This document shows, in pieces, positions 24,419 to 36,999 of a stretch of 64,000 nucleotides of DNA. Source of the stretch: Macrostomum lignano (Eukaryota). Position numbers and translations under genes: made by a program. The DNA is taken from NCBI GenBank assembly GCA_002269645.1, contig NIVC01001749.1, positions 12,968-76,967 on the forward strand, read 5' to 3'. Each line of letters starts with the position of its first letter. The first letter of the stretch is position 1. Below the pieces are notes generated by a model. The model did no database searches. It was not told the DNA's origin and worked only from the letters and a program-made list of their open reading frames with translations.

Positions 24419-27045
24419 TATAACTTATAAGTTATAGGTCTTTCCACTGTTACTGCTCCTAGGCCTCTTACTAGTACTCTAGTCTATATGATAGGCCTAT
24501 GTCTTCTAGGCCAGTCATTTTTTTACAATTTCATTTTTTATTTCCTTTTATAGCATAGGGGGGGCCTAGGCGGCTAGGCCCTAACATTAATATTCATCAT
24601 TACGGGGCCCATTATTAATTATTAATTTACAAGTACTAGTCACCAGTGCCAGTGGCAGTAGGCAGTAGCTAGGGTAGGCTCTAAATTAGTAGACCCTAGG
24701 AATTTTAGTAAGGGTCTTGTGACTTCACTTGCCAAATATGCATAGCCTACAGATGGCAAAGGGTAGGGTCCCTGTTGGAATAATTTTCCAGAACCTGCAC
24801 ATGCGTGACACGGGTACAAAAAACAGTCCAAAATCTGCGACATGCGACATGGTGTTATGTTGTAGGGTGTTGCGTGGCAGTGTTGTGTGGCATGGCAAGG
24901 CCTAGGCTATGCGGCACGCCTCTGTGCACTATGCCACAAGAAAAAAACTGAAAGTGTGATGGACAGTTGGATGCAATTTGTAAGGTTATTCCAATAGAGC
25001 AAAGGGTTGAAAGGCAATGGGTAGAGTTCTAGTATTGGAACCCATTTTCTAATGGCTATGGATCTAGCAGTGGTAGGCCTATTCCAATAGTACAATTTAT
25101 GGGTATAGTATTGCTGGTGTAAGACCAAGATGGCCACACACCAAGATGGCCACAACATTGAATATCTTTGGCTCTGCTATCTTTTTATCATTAATTAGGC
25201 CCCTAGGCCTATCAACATAGTAGCTATTATTATATTAATTATGTTTAATCAATCACTATCTGTTTATTAAAAAACCATTGTTACTAGTAATGCTATATAA
25301 AAATTAAGATAAATATGCACTATATAGCTATAGCAAAACATTTTATTTTTAATGGGTTGTTGATACGTGATATTGAGATTTAGTTCAAGATAAGATCAAA
25401 ATGAAACAATGAGATGCAAAACAAGATCAATTAAGCTAGTAAAAGTATATAGGGCCTATGCCAGCAAAAATGACATATAATAGGCTTATAATTTTAAAAT
25501 TTAATGCAAAGCCAATGTAATAATAATTTTTTCTATTTCTTTATTAATTACCATGTTTTATACTAAAGATTAGGCTCCATTTAATATTTTGATAAAAAAA
25601 ATTTTTTACTTGTTTAATAAGTTATGCAACTAAATGCCTATTGCCCCTAGCATTATTGTCTCTTGTTAAGAAACAACTTATTAGTTTTAATATATTAACT
25701 AGTAATCTAGTGCCCCTTTTTAAGGTATACAATAAGCAAAAAATAAAATTTATTTATATGAATCCTATTTGCCTTCAATATGCCTTGTTAACTAAAAAAT
25801 TCCTATTATAAACATTTATATTATAGCAATTCCTCCAATAAGTTTTAATATCTTAGTAATTATATATAGGCCATATGTTTAATATCTAGTTGACCTAGGC
25901 AATTTGGTTAGATAATAAAAAGTCTAGCCAAGGTAAGTCATAAAAATGCCAACCCAAAAATATAGATAAAAGCCAATTAGTACCAATTAGATAACAAGAC
26001 ATTTAGCTGCAAAAAGTCATAGTTACTTTTGCTATTATTTAAAATTATATTAATTTTTGCTTTAGTTTGTGTTTCTTTTATAAGATATTAGGTAAATTGC
26101 ATTTTTTGATAAAAAATGCACTTTTTACAAATACAAATGCAAAATGCAAGTAAAAGCTTCTATAGCTAGATGAACTTTCAAACTTAGATATATCTATTAG
26201 CAATTTAACTTGAGCCTTGACATCTGTAAATTCCCTTTTGAAAGCCTTATATCTTAGCAATTCCCCTAGTAAGCCTTAATATCTTAGCAATTTTATAATG
26301 AGCCTTGATATCTTAATAGTCTTTTTCCCAATCTGAATCTTTATAAGCAATGCCTCCTATAAGCCTTGAAATCTTAAAAAGTCCCTATTAGCTTTGAAAT
26401 CTCATCAATCCCTATTAACCTTAGCCCTTAAGCCTTGAAATCTTAGCAATTCTCTTTTTAAGCCTTGACATTTTAGCAATTCCCCCCCAAAACTATATAA
26501 CACTTATTTTGTAACATTTTTGACATGGTTATTTTTTTAGAAGACATTTCTTTCATGTCTGACATGACACTTCTTGGTCTATATGGCTTTTATTTTATTT
26601 CTTGCATTGTGCTTCTTTAATGTTTTATATATATTTTATAGGTCTAGATAGGCAAATGTTAATATTAAATTGCAATAAAAAGTTACTATATAATAAAAAG
26701 TATGTTTTTTTTAATTCTTTAATATACTTTTTTGTTCTAAAATAGTTACTTTTGATTTAACTTTATTATTAGATTGTGTTACCTTTAATAAAATAATTTT
26801 GCTTTATTTTATATTTTTCCAAAAATTTGAAAGTAAAACAACAAAATTTCTAACTACAATATTTTTATAGTTATTGCTGTAAGAGCAGTTGTTTTATATG
26901 GCCATATCTATAGCTATTGCAGGTTCCTATTTTACTGCAGTCAATTATTGTAGGCATAAATTATACCAATTACCAAGCATTTTCATAAATCAATATTTTT
27001 TGCAGACATCTCAGAGCCTATTGATTCATCAATCAACCAATTAGA

Positions 27046-30000
27046 ATGCAAGAATTGGAGGACTCATTCTGCTTAGCTCAGACACTGGGACCACCAACCG
27101 TTCAGCTGCAGTCTGCAGACTCAAGCAATCAAGCTACTGAGCAGCTTGCACCGCAGATTCCGCTCACACTGTGCCAGCGCTTGAAGCTCAGTCTAGATAG
27201 TGGCGAATTCTCCGATGTAGCCTTTCTAATTGGCGATGCTAAAATCCGATTCAATGCTCACCGTGTTGTACTAGCATCTGTCAGTCCAGTGTTCCGAGCT
27301 ATGTTCAATAGCCCATTGAGTCGGCAGCTGCAGAGTCTAGATTCTAATCACAATAGCAAACTTATGACTGAAGCTATCCACGAGCTATCTGATATTGAGT
27401 CCAGCGCCTTTGAGAATCTATTAATATTTGCTTATACAGACTGTACAGAAGGTGTTACCGATAGCAACGTATTTCAAACGCTGTACGCCGCTAAGAAATA
27501 TCTTGTTGATGGTCTTGCTAACGCTTGCTGCGAGTACTTGCGTCAGCATTTAACTGTGGATAATGCGCTTACAGTGCTGGAGCATTGTATGTTTCTACAG
27601 GTGCGAAAAAGTGCAGTGAAAAATTACGCCAGGTCCTGAAACAGCGGAGCACCATCTTTAAATCCTAAAACCTGGCAGCACCAAATTTTAATCCCAAAAT
27701 AAAACAAGGAGGCACCACCTTTCAGATCCTGAGACAGGGATGCACCACCTTTCAGATCCTGAGACAGGGATGCACCACCTTTCAGATCCTGAGACAGGGA
27801 TGCACCACCTTTCAGATCCTGAGACAGGGATGCACCACCTTTCAGATCCTGAGACAGGGATGCACCACCTTTCAGATCCTGAGACAGGGATGCACCACCT
27901 TTCAGATCCTGAGACAGGGATGCACCACCTTTCAGATCCTGAGACAGAGAAGCAGCACCTTCAGATCCTGAAGTATGGAATTTCCATTTATTATGTCAAA
28001 ATAGTGAGTGAAAATCACTTCAGATTCTAAAATTAGGAATAACCACTCTGGATTATAAACAGAGTATTCTATTTAAATCCTAAATAGGAACGAATTGGTT
28101 CACTTTGCATTTATCAATCAATAAATATTTCACTGTCCAGGTGCCTTCAGTTGTGCAACCATGTCTCCGTTTAATTTGTCACCAATGGGAACGAATCAGT
28201 TCGGATCTGCTCGGTTGCCATGGAAACACGTATTCTCAAGATTTGATTGCCTGCGTTCTGTCCCAGGATGGTCTGCCATGCGACGAGGTGGAAATATTTG
28301 ATTGGATTTTATGCTGGGCAAAGTCTCGTAAAAGTGCTAATGCTGATGCTGATGAAGAGGATAAACCGTCTGGTTCAATGTCATCATTGGGGACTGTCGG
28401 GGATTTAATCGATTATACACCGTTGCTACGATGCGTTAGATTTTCAAGAATGTCGCGACGCCAGATTGGCAGTCTAGTGGCGCCTACCGGGCTATTGACT
28501 GATGGACAATTGGTCAGAATTCTGACAGGACAGGACAGGGATAATCTAGGTGAGAGTGTGGCCTTGAATATTTATCTTGATCTCTAGCGGCACTCTGGGT
28601 GCCAGTGCATTGATCTCTAGTGGCACTTTTTGGGCCAGTGTATTGATCTCTAGTGGCACTTTTGTGCCAGTGCATTGATCTCTAGTGGCACTTTTGTGCC
28701 AGTGTATTGATCTCTAGTGGCACTTTTGTGCCAGTGTATTGATCTCTAGTAGCACTTTTGGGCCAGTGTATTGATCTCTAGTGGCACTTTTGGGCCAGTG
28801 TATTGATCTCTAGTGGCACTTTTGCTGTCAGTGCATTGATGTCTAATGGCAATTGATTGCCAGTCTCTTGTTCTCAAATGGCACTTTTAATGCTAGTGTA
28901 TTGATCTCTAATGGCATATTTGATGTATAGTGGCAGCTCAATTTACTATCTCTCACACCTTCAGACCGAGACACCGTCGTTGAATTCAACGCTCAGCCGC
29001 GGTGCCCAAGCCTTCCTGGCGAACCCGAACAGCTGGTTCTGTGCGATCTGGCCGCGGCCGCCGCCGCTGTACGCGCTGCCGCTGCACCCTCCCAGGTGTC
29101 GGCCAGGTTGCCCATGGCCCTGCCGCCGTCAGTGACAGACGAATCGTCTTCGGCGTCCACGTTTGTGTCAGCATCCGGTCTGCTGAGCTTAGGTAATTGG
29201 CCCATTGTAGCTCAGGGTGAGACTGTGTGGTAGTGAGGGGGTAAAAGGAGAGAGTGAAAGAGTGGTTGAAAATGGAGTGAAACTCCGAAAATTTGAGACT
29301 GAGAGAGTGACACTGAGAGTGAGATTGAGTGAGTGACACTGCGAGAGTGAGAGAGTGACACTGTGAGAGTGAGATTGAGAGAGTGACACTGCGAGAGTGA
29401 GAGAGTGACACTGCGAGAGTGAGAGAGTGACACTGTGAGAGTAAGAGAGTGACACTGTGATGGTGAGATTGAGAGAGTGACACTGCGAGAGTGAGAGTGA
29501 CACCGTAAGAGTAAGAGAGTGACACTGTGAGGGTGAGAAAGTGACAATGTGAGAGTGAGAGAGTGACACTGCGAGAGTGAGAGAGTGACACTGTGAGAGT
29601 AAGAGTGACAATGAGAGTGAGAGAGTGACACTATGAGAGTGAGAGAGTGACACTGAGAGTGAGAGAGTGACACTGCGAGAGTGAGAGAGTGACACTGTGA
29701 GAGTGAGATTGAGAGAGTGACACTGCGAGAGTAAGAGTGACAATGAGAGTGAGAGAGTGATACTGTGAGAGTAAGAGAGTGACACTGTGATGGTGAGATT
29801 AAGAGAGTAACACTGCGAGAGTGAGAGTGACACCGTAAGAGTAAGAGAATGACACTGTGAGGGTGAGAAAGTGACACTGTGAGGGTGAGAAAGTGACACT
29901 GTGAGGGTGAGATAGTGACACTGTGAGAGTGAGAGAGTGACACTGCGAGAGTGTGAGAGTGACACTGTGAGAGTGAGAGAGTGACACTGCGGGAGTGAGA

Positions 30001-30799
30001 GACTGAAACTGTGAGAGTGAGAGTTTGAAACTGTAAGTGACAGTGTAGAGTGTGAAATTGTGAGACCTTGAGAGTGAAAGACTGAAAGTGAAAGATTCAG
30101 TGAATGAGGTATACCGAGAGTGAGACTGTGAAGGGATGAGAGGGTATGAAGGGTGAGTGGTAGTAAAGCTAATGTAACAGTGGGAGACAGAAAGCCAGAA
30201 CATTTTCCATCACACCAATGTTGATCTGTTGCTTAAATCCCCCCTGCCCTATCGCAGCTGATCAGCAGTTCGCCATATTCGGCAGCATCGAGATGCGAAC
30301 TAATCGCCGATTGTTATTAACCGGCTTTAATCTGTTCCGACAGCCGCCCAAATCCGAGTCGTCGAGTAGCCGATTGAGACAAGTTCAAGCACAGCAGCAG
30401 AATCCTAGCGGGTCAGAAATGTCCATAATGGCTGAAGTGACCTCAGTGGAAGATGTTGAGCACTGCCTGTTTAATAGCAGATTCGAACCCAATGAAGCTT
30501 CGCTAGAATGCAGTCAGACGGTTAGACAGGCTGTCAGCCTCACTGAGGTGACCTTTCCCAGGGCTCTGGTGCTGCTGCCAAATCAATGGTATCGATTGAG
30601 CATCCACGTCTGCGGTTCTGGGCAGCTGCCGCCGCCGCAGCTCTTGGGACCGTCGCAGTGTTGGCGCTCGCCCTGGGAGCTGGACGGCCGGCCCGTTGTT
30701 AGCGGCAACTGCGGCTGTGCTAAACTGGAATTGCGGCCACCGATGTTGGCTAGTGCTGCTGCCGGCTTCTTTCAGGCACTCTGCGTCTGCTGGGTTTGA
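27046..30799 (+). CDS. BTB/POZ-BACK-PHR domain protein (BTBD1/2/3/6-like Cullin-3 adaptor)
   Basis: Exons 27046-27600 (FSDVAFLIG...FNAHRVVLASVSPVFRAMF...YAAKKYLV), 28141-28549 (BACK: LPCDEVEIFDWILCWA...CVRFSRM), 28965-29192 (VEFNAQPRC), 30258-30799 (PHR-like: RRLLLTGFNLF...TFPRALVLLPNQWYRLSI). Phases 0,1,1 are consistent. Acceptor at 27004-27005 and an in-frame TGA lie upstream of the ATG. Confidence 0.88.
27710..27970. repeat. Intronic minisatellite, 30-bp unit (CACCACCTTTCAGATCCTGAGACAGGGATG)
   Basis: About 8 near-perfect copies. Confidence 0.96.
28575..28915. repeat. Intronic minisatellite, 32-33-bp unit (TTGATCTCTAGTGGCACTTTTGTGCCAGTGCA)
   Basis: About 10 copies. Confidence 0.93.
29215..30130. 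repeat. Intronic GA-rich minisatellite (GAGAGTGACACTGTGAGAGT-type units)
   Basis: Source of the SLSHS pseudo-ORFs. Confidence 0.93.
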
Positions 30800-30884
30800 G
30801 GGGTTTGCATGACATTTAGACTGTTTTGCAGTGCTAGGAGTTTTTAAACAGTTTTTGTTCTTGTATTAACCCTTTATAATTAGC

Positions 30885-31345
30885 CTCCCAGATCCTCAGT
30901 TGCTAAGCCAGCCTCCTAGATCCTCAGTTGCTAAGCCAGCCTCCCAGATCCTCAGTTGATGGGCCGGCCTCCCAGATCCTCAGTTGCTAGGCCGGCCTCC
31001 TAAATCCTCAGTTGCTAGGCCAGCCTCTCAGATCCTCAGTTTCTGGGCCAGCCTCCCAGAGTGTCAGTCGCTGGGCCAGCCTCCCAGATCCCCAGTTGCT
31101 GGGCCAGGCCTCCCAGATCCTCAGTTGCTGGGCCAGGCCTCCCAGATCCTCAGTTGCTGGGCCAGCCTCCCAGATCCCCAGTCGCTGGGCCAGCCTCCCA
31201 GATCCCCAGTTGCTGGGCCAGCCTCCCAGATCCCCAGTCGCTGGGCCAGCCCCTCAGATCCGTAGTTGCTGGGCCAGCCCCTCAGATCCCCAGTTGCTGG
31301 GCCAGCCCCTCAGATCCCCAGTCGCTGGGCCAGCCTCCCAAATCC
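30885..31345. repeat. 28-bp minisatellite, locus 2 of 3 (reverse orientation on the + strand)
   Basis: CCTCCCAGATCCTCAGTTGCTGGGCCAG is the reverse complement of the 21880 unit; about 16 copies. Confidence 0.96.
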
Positions 31346-31891
31346 CCTTTTCGCTGGACCGCTGCCTCAGATGAAGAATCGCACAATGACAAAGCACTGA
31401 TTATTCTGACCACACACGCAACACAAGTTCAAGCGTCAACCTAGCAACTCTTAGCATGCACCCAAGGCACCTTTGCTCATTAGCGGTTCAGCTCGGCAAC
31501 TCATTAGGTTCTTTTCTGTTTCGGGTTGGATACCTGTTTGCCATTGGCTTTTACCAAGAATTGTGCATTGCTAGAAATCATTATACAGACTGTTGAGAGA
31601 TTCGCCCGCCTTTTTTATATAGTATAGGGAAACTGAAACTAAACGGGAGCTGTCAGTTTTTTACTGTTTATTTTTTGTTTCACTTTTTGTCGGCATTTGT
31701 TTAATTGAGAAAGACAGCTGTGTATAACAGTTTTTACGAGTATGTATTAGTCATTCGCTGTTTGCTATTTTTTCAATAAAAATTATTCAGACGTAAGCAT
31801 AGCATCCAATTTTGCCGCCATTTTATAAAACTTTGTGCACTATGGTTCAAGTCTTGTTTCTATTGTTTTTTTTTCATAAAGTTTTTTGTTT

Positions 31892-32712
31892 AGAATCTGC
31901 CTCTCCGCTCCCTCCTTTCAGTCCTTGAGAATCTGCCTCTCCACCCCCAGTCCTTGAGAATCTGCCTCTCCACCCCCAGTCCTTGAGAATCTGCCTCTCC
32001 ACCCCCAGTCCTTGAGAATCTGCCTCTCCACCCCCAGTCCTTGAGAATCTGCCTCTCCGCTCCCTCAGTCCTTGAGAATCTGCCTCTCCGCTCCCTCAGT
32101 CCTTGAGAATCTGCCTCTCCACCCCCAGTCCTTGAGAATCTGCCTCTCCACCCCCAGTCCTTGAGAATCTGCCTCTCCACCCCCAGTCCTTGAGAATCTG
32201 CCTCTCCGCTCCCTCAGTCCTTGAGAATCTGCCTCTCCGCTCCCTCAGTCCTTGAGAATCTGCCTCTCCACCCCCCTCAGTCCTTAAGAATCTGCCTCTC
32301 CGCCCCCTCAGTCCTTGAGAATCTGCCTCTCCGCTCCCTCAGTCCTTGAGAATCTGCCTCTCCGCTCCCTCAGTCCTTGAGAATCTGCCTCTCCACCCCC
32401 CTCAGTCCTTAAGAATCTGCCTCTCCGCCCCCTCAGTCCTTGAGAATCTGCCTCTCCGCTCCCTCAGTCCTTGAGAATCTGCCTCTCCGCTCCCTCAGTC
32501 CTTGAGAATCTGCCTCTCCACCCCCCTCAGTCCTTAAGAATCTGCCTCTCCACCCCCCTCAGTCCTTAAGAATATGCCTCTCCGCCCCCTCAGTCCTTAA
32601 GAATCTGCCTCTTCGCCCCCTCAGTCCTTAAAAATCTGCCTCTCCGCCCCCTCAGTCCTTAAGAATCTGCCTCTCCACCCCCTCAGTCCTTAAGAATCTG
32701 CCTCTCCGCCCC
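31892..32712. repeat. Minisatellite, 27-32-bp unit (CTCAGTCCTTGAGAATCTGCCTCTCCGCTCC)
   Basis: About 27 copies directly upstream of the CDK11 ORF. Confidence 0.96.
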
Positions 32713-32884
32713 TATCTAAATGATGGTTCCATTTCTAAACTATGCTGCAATAGACGATATTAGTAGTATATATACAAGCTCTACAATCGCACCTCTACGC
32801 GTCTTCCTGTCTCGCCGAAACTACAACGACAGCAGCAGCGGCGGCAGCGGCAGCAACGAAGAGGACAGCAATAATAAAGGCGGA

Positions 32885-35800
32885 ATGCGGCCGCCACCGC
32901 CTCAGCCGCAGCAGCGGCTTCGTCCAACCTCGGCAATCACGGTGGTTCAAGCACCGTCGGCATCTTCAGCGGCTGCCTCCAGCTCGCGCGGCCAGCAGCA
33001 GCAGCCGCCGCCACGCTCGCCTTCGTCTGCGTCGTCCTACTCTGAGGGTGAGGAGCGCCAGCCGGAGCCGATTCTTGTGCGCAGCGACGACAACTCCGAG
33101 TCTCCCCGATCCAGCCGGTCATCATCTGCATCGTCCGGTTCGGCCGCGTCCTCTGAGCAGCAGCAGCAGTCCTCTTCTCGACGCCAGAAGCACCGGCGCG
33201 ACTCAAAGCGACGTCACGAGCGATCGCGCCGGCGTCAGGAGCAGCGCGGCGGCGGCGAAGCGCAACGTCGGAGCGACATCGGCAGTCGCGATCGTCAGGG
33301 GCATCGGTCGCGCGACCGGCGTCGGGACCATCGAGATCGCGATCGGGACTCCAGAACGTCCAGAGACAGTCGGAAGCGTCGGCATGGAAGGTCCCCAGCT
33401 CGATCCCCGTCGCCATCGGCAAAGCAGTCTCGTCCTTCGGCGTCGTCCGCCGAGCGTCAAGAGGAGGCGATGCGCCGACGATTAGAATTGAAAATCCGCG
33501 AGAAAGAGCGCTTAGAAAAGCAGCAGAGAAAGCAACAACAACAACAGCAGAAGCAGAAATTCGATGAACAGGCCAACGAGGACGACGATGTTGATGTCGG
33601 CAATTCGCCAATGGTGTCGATTGAGGAGCCGCCTCGGTCGGCAGGCAATGCAAATCATCCCACAGCCATCGCCAGCTCCCCATCGAACTCTTCAGTAGCT
33701 TCATCCAAATCCTCCGCTGGAGCGGGCTCATCCTCGCCAAGAGAGTCGCCTACTAAGCAGAAGCAGCCAGAACAACAGCAGGAGCAGAAAGAGGCGGAGC
33801 CGCCGAAGCCGCCCCGTCGAGTTTACCTGCCGGCTATCCAGGGCTGCCGCAATGTGGAAGAGTACCACTGCCTCAACCGCATCGAGGAAGGCACCTACGG
33901 CGTTGTTTACCGAGCCTGCGACAAAAAGACCAAAGAAATTGTTGCTTTGAAACGATTAAAAATGGAGAACGAACGCGAAGGCTTTCCCATTACATCGTTG
34001 CGCGAGATTAACACCCTGTTGAAAGCTCAACATGAAAATATTGTTACTGTCAGGGAGATTGTGGTTGGCAGCAATATGGATAAGATCTACATTGTCATGG
34101 ACTATGTTGCCCACGATCTCAAATCGCTGATGGAAATTATGACTAAACCGTTCAAGGTAAATGATAGACTCATCTGCCCCCTTATACAGACTGATCCGCC
34201 CTCTTACACTGACTCATCCGCCCTTTTTTACAGACTCATCCGCTCCCTTATACTGACTCATCCGCCCCCTTATACAGACTCATCCGCCCCCTTATACTGA
34301 CTCATCCGCCCCCTTATACTGACTCATCCGCCCCCTTATACAGACTCATCCGCCGCCTTATACAGACTCATCCGCCCCCTTATACTGACTCATCCGCCCC
34401 CTTATACTGACTCATCCGCCCCCTTATACTGACTCATCCGCCCCCTTATACTGACTCATCCGCCCCCTTATACAGACTCATCCGCCCCCTTATACAGACT
34501 CATCCGCCCCCTTATACAGACTCATCCGCCCCCTTATACAGACTCATCCGCCCCCTTATACAGACTCATCCGTCCCCTTATACTGACTCATCCGTCCCTT
34601 ATACAGACTCATCCGTCCCCTTATACTGACTCATCCGTCCCTTATACAGACTCATCCACTACCCTTATACTGACTCATCCGCCCCCTTATACTGACTCAT
34701 CCGCCCTCTAACACAGACTCATCCGTCCTCTAACACAGACTCATCCGCCCTCTAACACAGACTCATCCGTCCTCTAACACAGACTCATCCGCCCTCTAAC
34801 ACAGACTCATCCGTCCTCTAACACAGACTCATCCGCCCTCTAACACAGACTCATCCGTCCTCTAACACAGACTCATCCGCTCCTTACAGACTCATCCGCC
34901 CCCTTACACAGACACAGCCGCCCCTCACCGTAGTCTTATCCACCCCTAGTTACAAAGGCATTCTCTCTGTCCCAATGGTGATAGTATACACCGCCTGCGC
35001 CCCGCAGATCGAGGAGGTGAAATGCCTGATGCTGCAGCTCCTTCGCGCCGTGGCTCACCTGCACGATAATTGGATTCTGCATCGTGATTTGAAAACCTCC
35101 AATCTGCTGCTCAGCCATCAGGGCATATTGAAAGTCGGCGATTTCGGCCTTGCTCGCGAGTACGGCAGCCCATTGAAAAAGTACACCACCGTTGTGGTGA
35201 CCCTGTGGTATCGCTCAGTTGAGCTGCTGCTGGGCACTAAGCTCTACAGCACACCCATCGACTGCTGGAGCGTTGGCTGCATATTTGGCGAACTGCTGCT
35301 CAAAGAGCCGCTATTCCGGGGCAAAGGCGAGATCGAACAGCTCAAACTGATATTCCGCGAGCTCGGCCGGCCGACGGAGAAGATCTGGCCGGATCTGCTG
35401 CAGCTGGCAGCGGCTAAACGGTTACTGGTTGAACAACCGCTATTTGACGGAGATGAATACCGGTTTAACCGGTTGAAAAACCGGTTCCCGGCTGACAGGA
35501 TGTCCGACGCCGCTTTCGGCCTTATCAACGGCCTGCTGACATTCGATCCGAGCAGGCGGCTCACGGCTGAACAGGCGCTGAAGCACGAGTACTTTAGCGA
35601 GCGCCCGGCCGCGATTGACCCGTCCCTGTTCCCCACCTGGCCGGCCAGGTCCGAGGGTCATCGGGCCGGAGCGTCGCACGGGCATCAGCAAAGTCAGCAG
35701 CAGCAGAACCGGCACAGTCCCAAGCCGCCGTCCGGTGGCAAGGCCTATTCTCGGCTAATCCGCGGCGGAGATGGCGACATTTTTAATAGCGGTGTAGCCG

Positions 35801-35955
35801 CCGATACGGCTAATCCGCCTGCGGCTCCTTCGGCTGCTGTTGCCGCTGCGGCTGCCGCAGCTGCCGCGGTTAGCGCTAAACTGCCTCCGCCGCCGGCGCA
35901 GTCTCAGCCACAGCCGCAGTTGCCGCCGGGTTTTAATTTGCGAGGCGGATTTTAA
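32885..35955 (+). CDS. CDK11: Cyclin-dependent kinase 11 (PITSLRE)
   Basis: Exon 1 ends at 34156 (RS/RD-rich N-terminus; IEEGTYGVVYRA; GFPITSLREINTLLK). Exon 2 is 35008-35955 (HRDLKTSNLL, DFGLAREYGSP, VVTLWYR). Phase-0 GT-AG intron. The ORF is open from 32720; MRPPPP at 32885 is the preferred start. Confidence 0.95.
34175..34915. repeat. Intronic minisatellite, 22-24-bp unit (GACTCATCCGCCCCCTTATACT)
   Basis: About 32 copies filling the CDK11 intron. Confidence 0.96.
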
Positions 35956-36765
35956 ATAAATTAAAAAATGTAACTATAATATATATTTATAATTAATTTC
36001 TTTGCATTTGACAACTAAAGAGGGGATTGTAAAACAGAAGTAAAGTTATACTTTTTCAAATAAAAGTTCAAATTGTAATTTTTCAAAAAGAAGTACGAAT
36101 TGTACTTTCTAAAATCAAAGTACAAAATGTAATTTTTTAAATAGAAGTACGAATTGTACTTTTTAAATCAAAGTTCAAAATGTACTTTTTTTCAAATAGA
36201 AGCACGTTGTTTTTTAAATACGAGTATAAAATGTCCTTTTCGAATAGAAGTACGAAATAAACTAAAAAAAAATTACGAAAATAGAAAAGTACAATACATT
36301 AATACCTTGATGTTGATTTTTTAATTTCAAGTACTAAACAACGCGCAGGGTAAAAAACTATTTCCTGCTCCTGTTCCTGAGTACTACTCCTACGATTCCG
36401 CAAGCAATTATTGAGTGACATTGTTCAATAATAATTGTTCAATTCTATCCGCAATAAAGCTTTGTTTGCTCGTAAATACGATTTTCTAATAATATACAAA
36501 ATAAACGTTGAACTCAATTCATCTCCTCTTTTCCTGCTCTGGTATTGTCAGAATGCTCTGCTATAATGTTCTTGGTTAATTACGGATTAATTAGTTATAA
36601 AATAGTTCACTTCATTGAATTATAGTTTATGGATACACACCAGCTTAGGTACAACACGCACATAGAAGTTCCACTTAAACTGTCTATGGCGTTCCTTCTA
36701 ACGATCTTTGGACCTTGAGATAGTGCCCGCTTCAATTACATCTCACTGCACGCAGTTCAATGTCG

Positions 36766-36999
36766 CTATTTACTATAGATGATATTCCTGTAACCGCTCG
36801 AAGTAGTCGCACTTCCGAATATCACTATCAAAACAGCAGTTAAAATTTAAAAAAGCAAATCAAGAAATCAACAAAAATTTCTTTTTTAAGGCACCAGCTG
36901 CTCGAACTCTTACCCGAGAGCATTTGTCCTAATAGATGTTTATTTCTTTTTAATAATCGAACGGCCCGGTCACTTACCGCGGATCAATCGATCAGCCAT
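36766..36999 (-). CDS. Possible tiny three-exon ORF (31 aa, MADRLIRGQMLSVIFGSATTSSGYRNIIYSK) or spliced non-coding transcript
   Basis: Donors GCG|GTAAGT (intron 36929-36977) and CGG|GTAAGA (intron 36825-36913), a 15-nt middle exon, and an upstream acceptor at 37014-37015. No recognisable homology. Confidence 0.3.

Noticed and set aside
23040-24600. Isolated C-box motifs (GTGATGA at ~23055-23061, ATGATGA at ~24594-24600, minus strand)
   Set aside because: No D box or terminal stem at a suitable distance.
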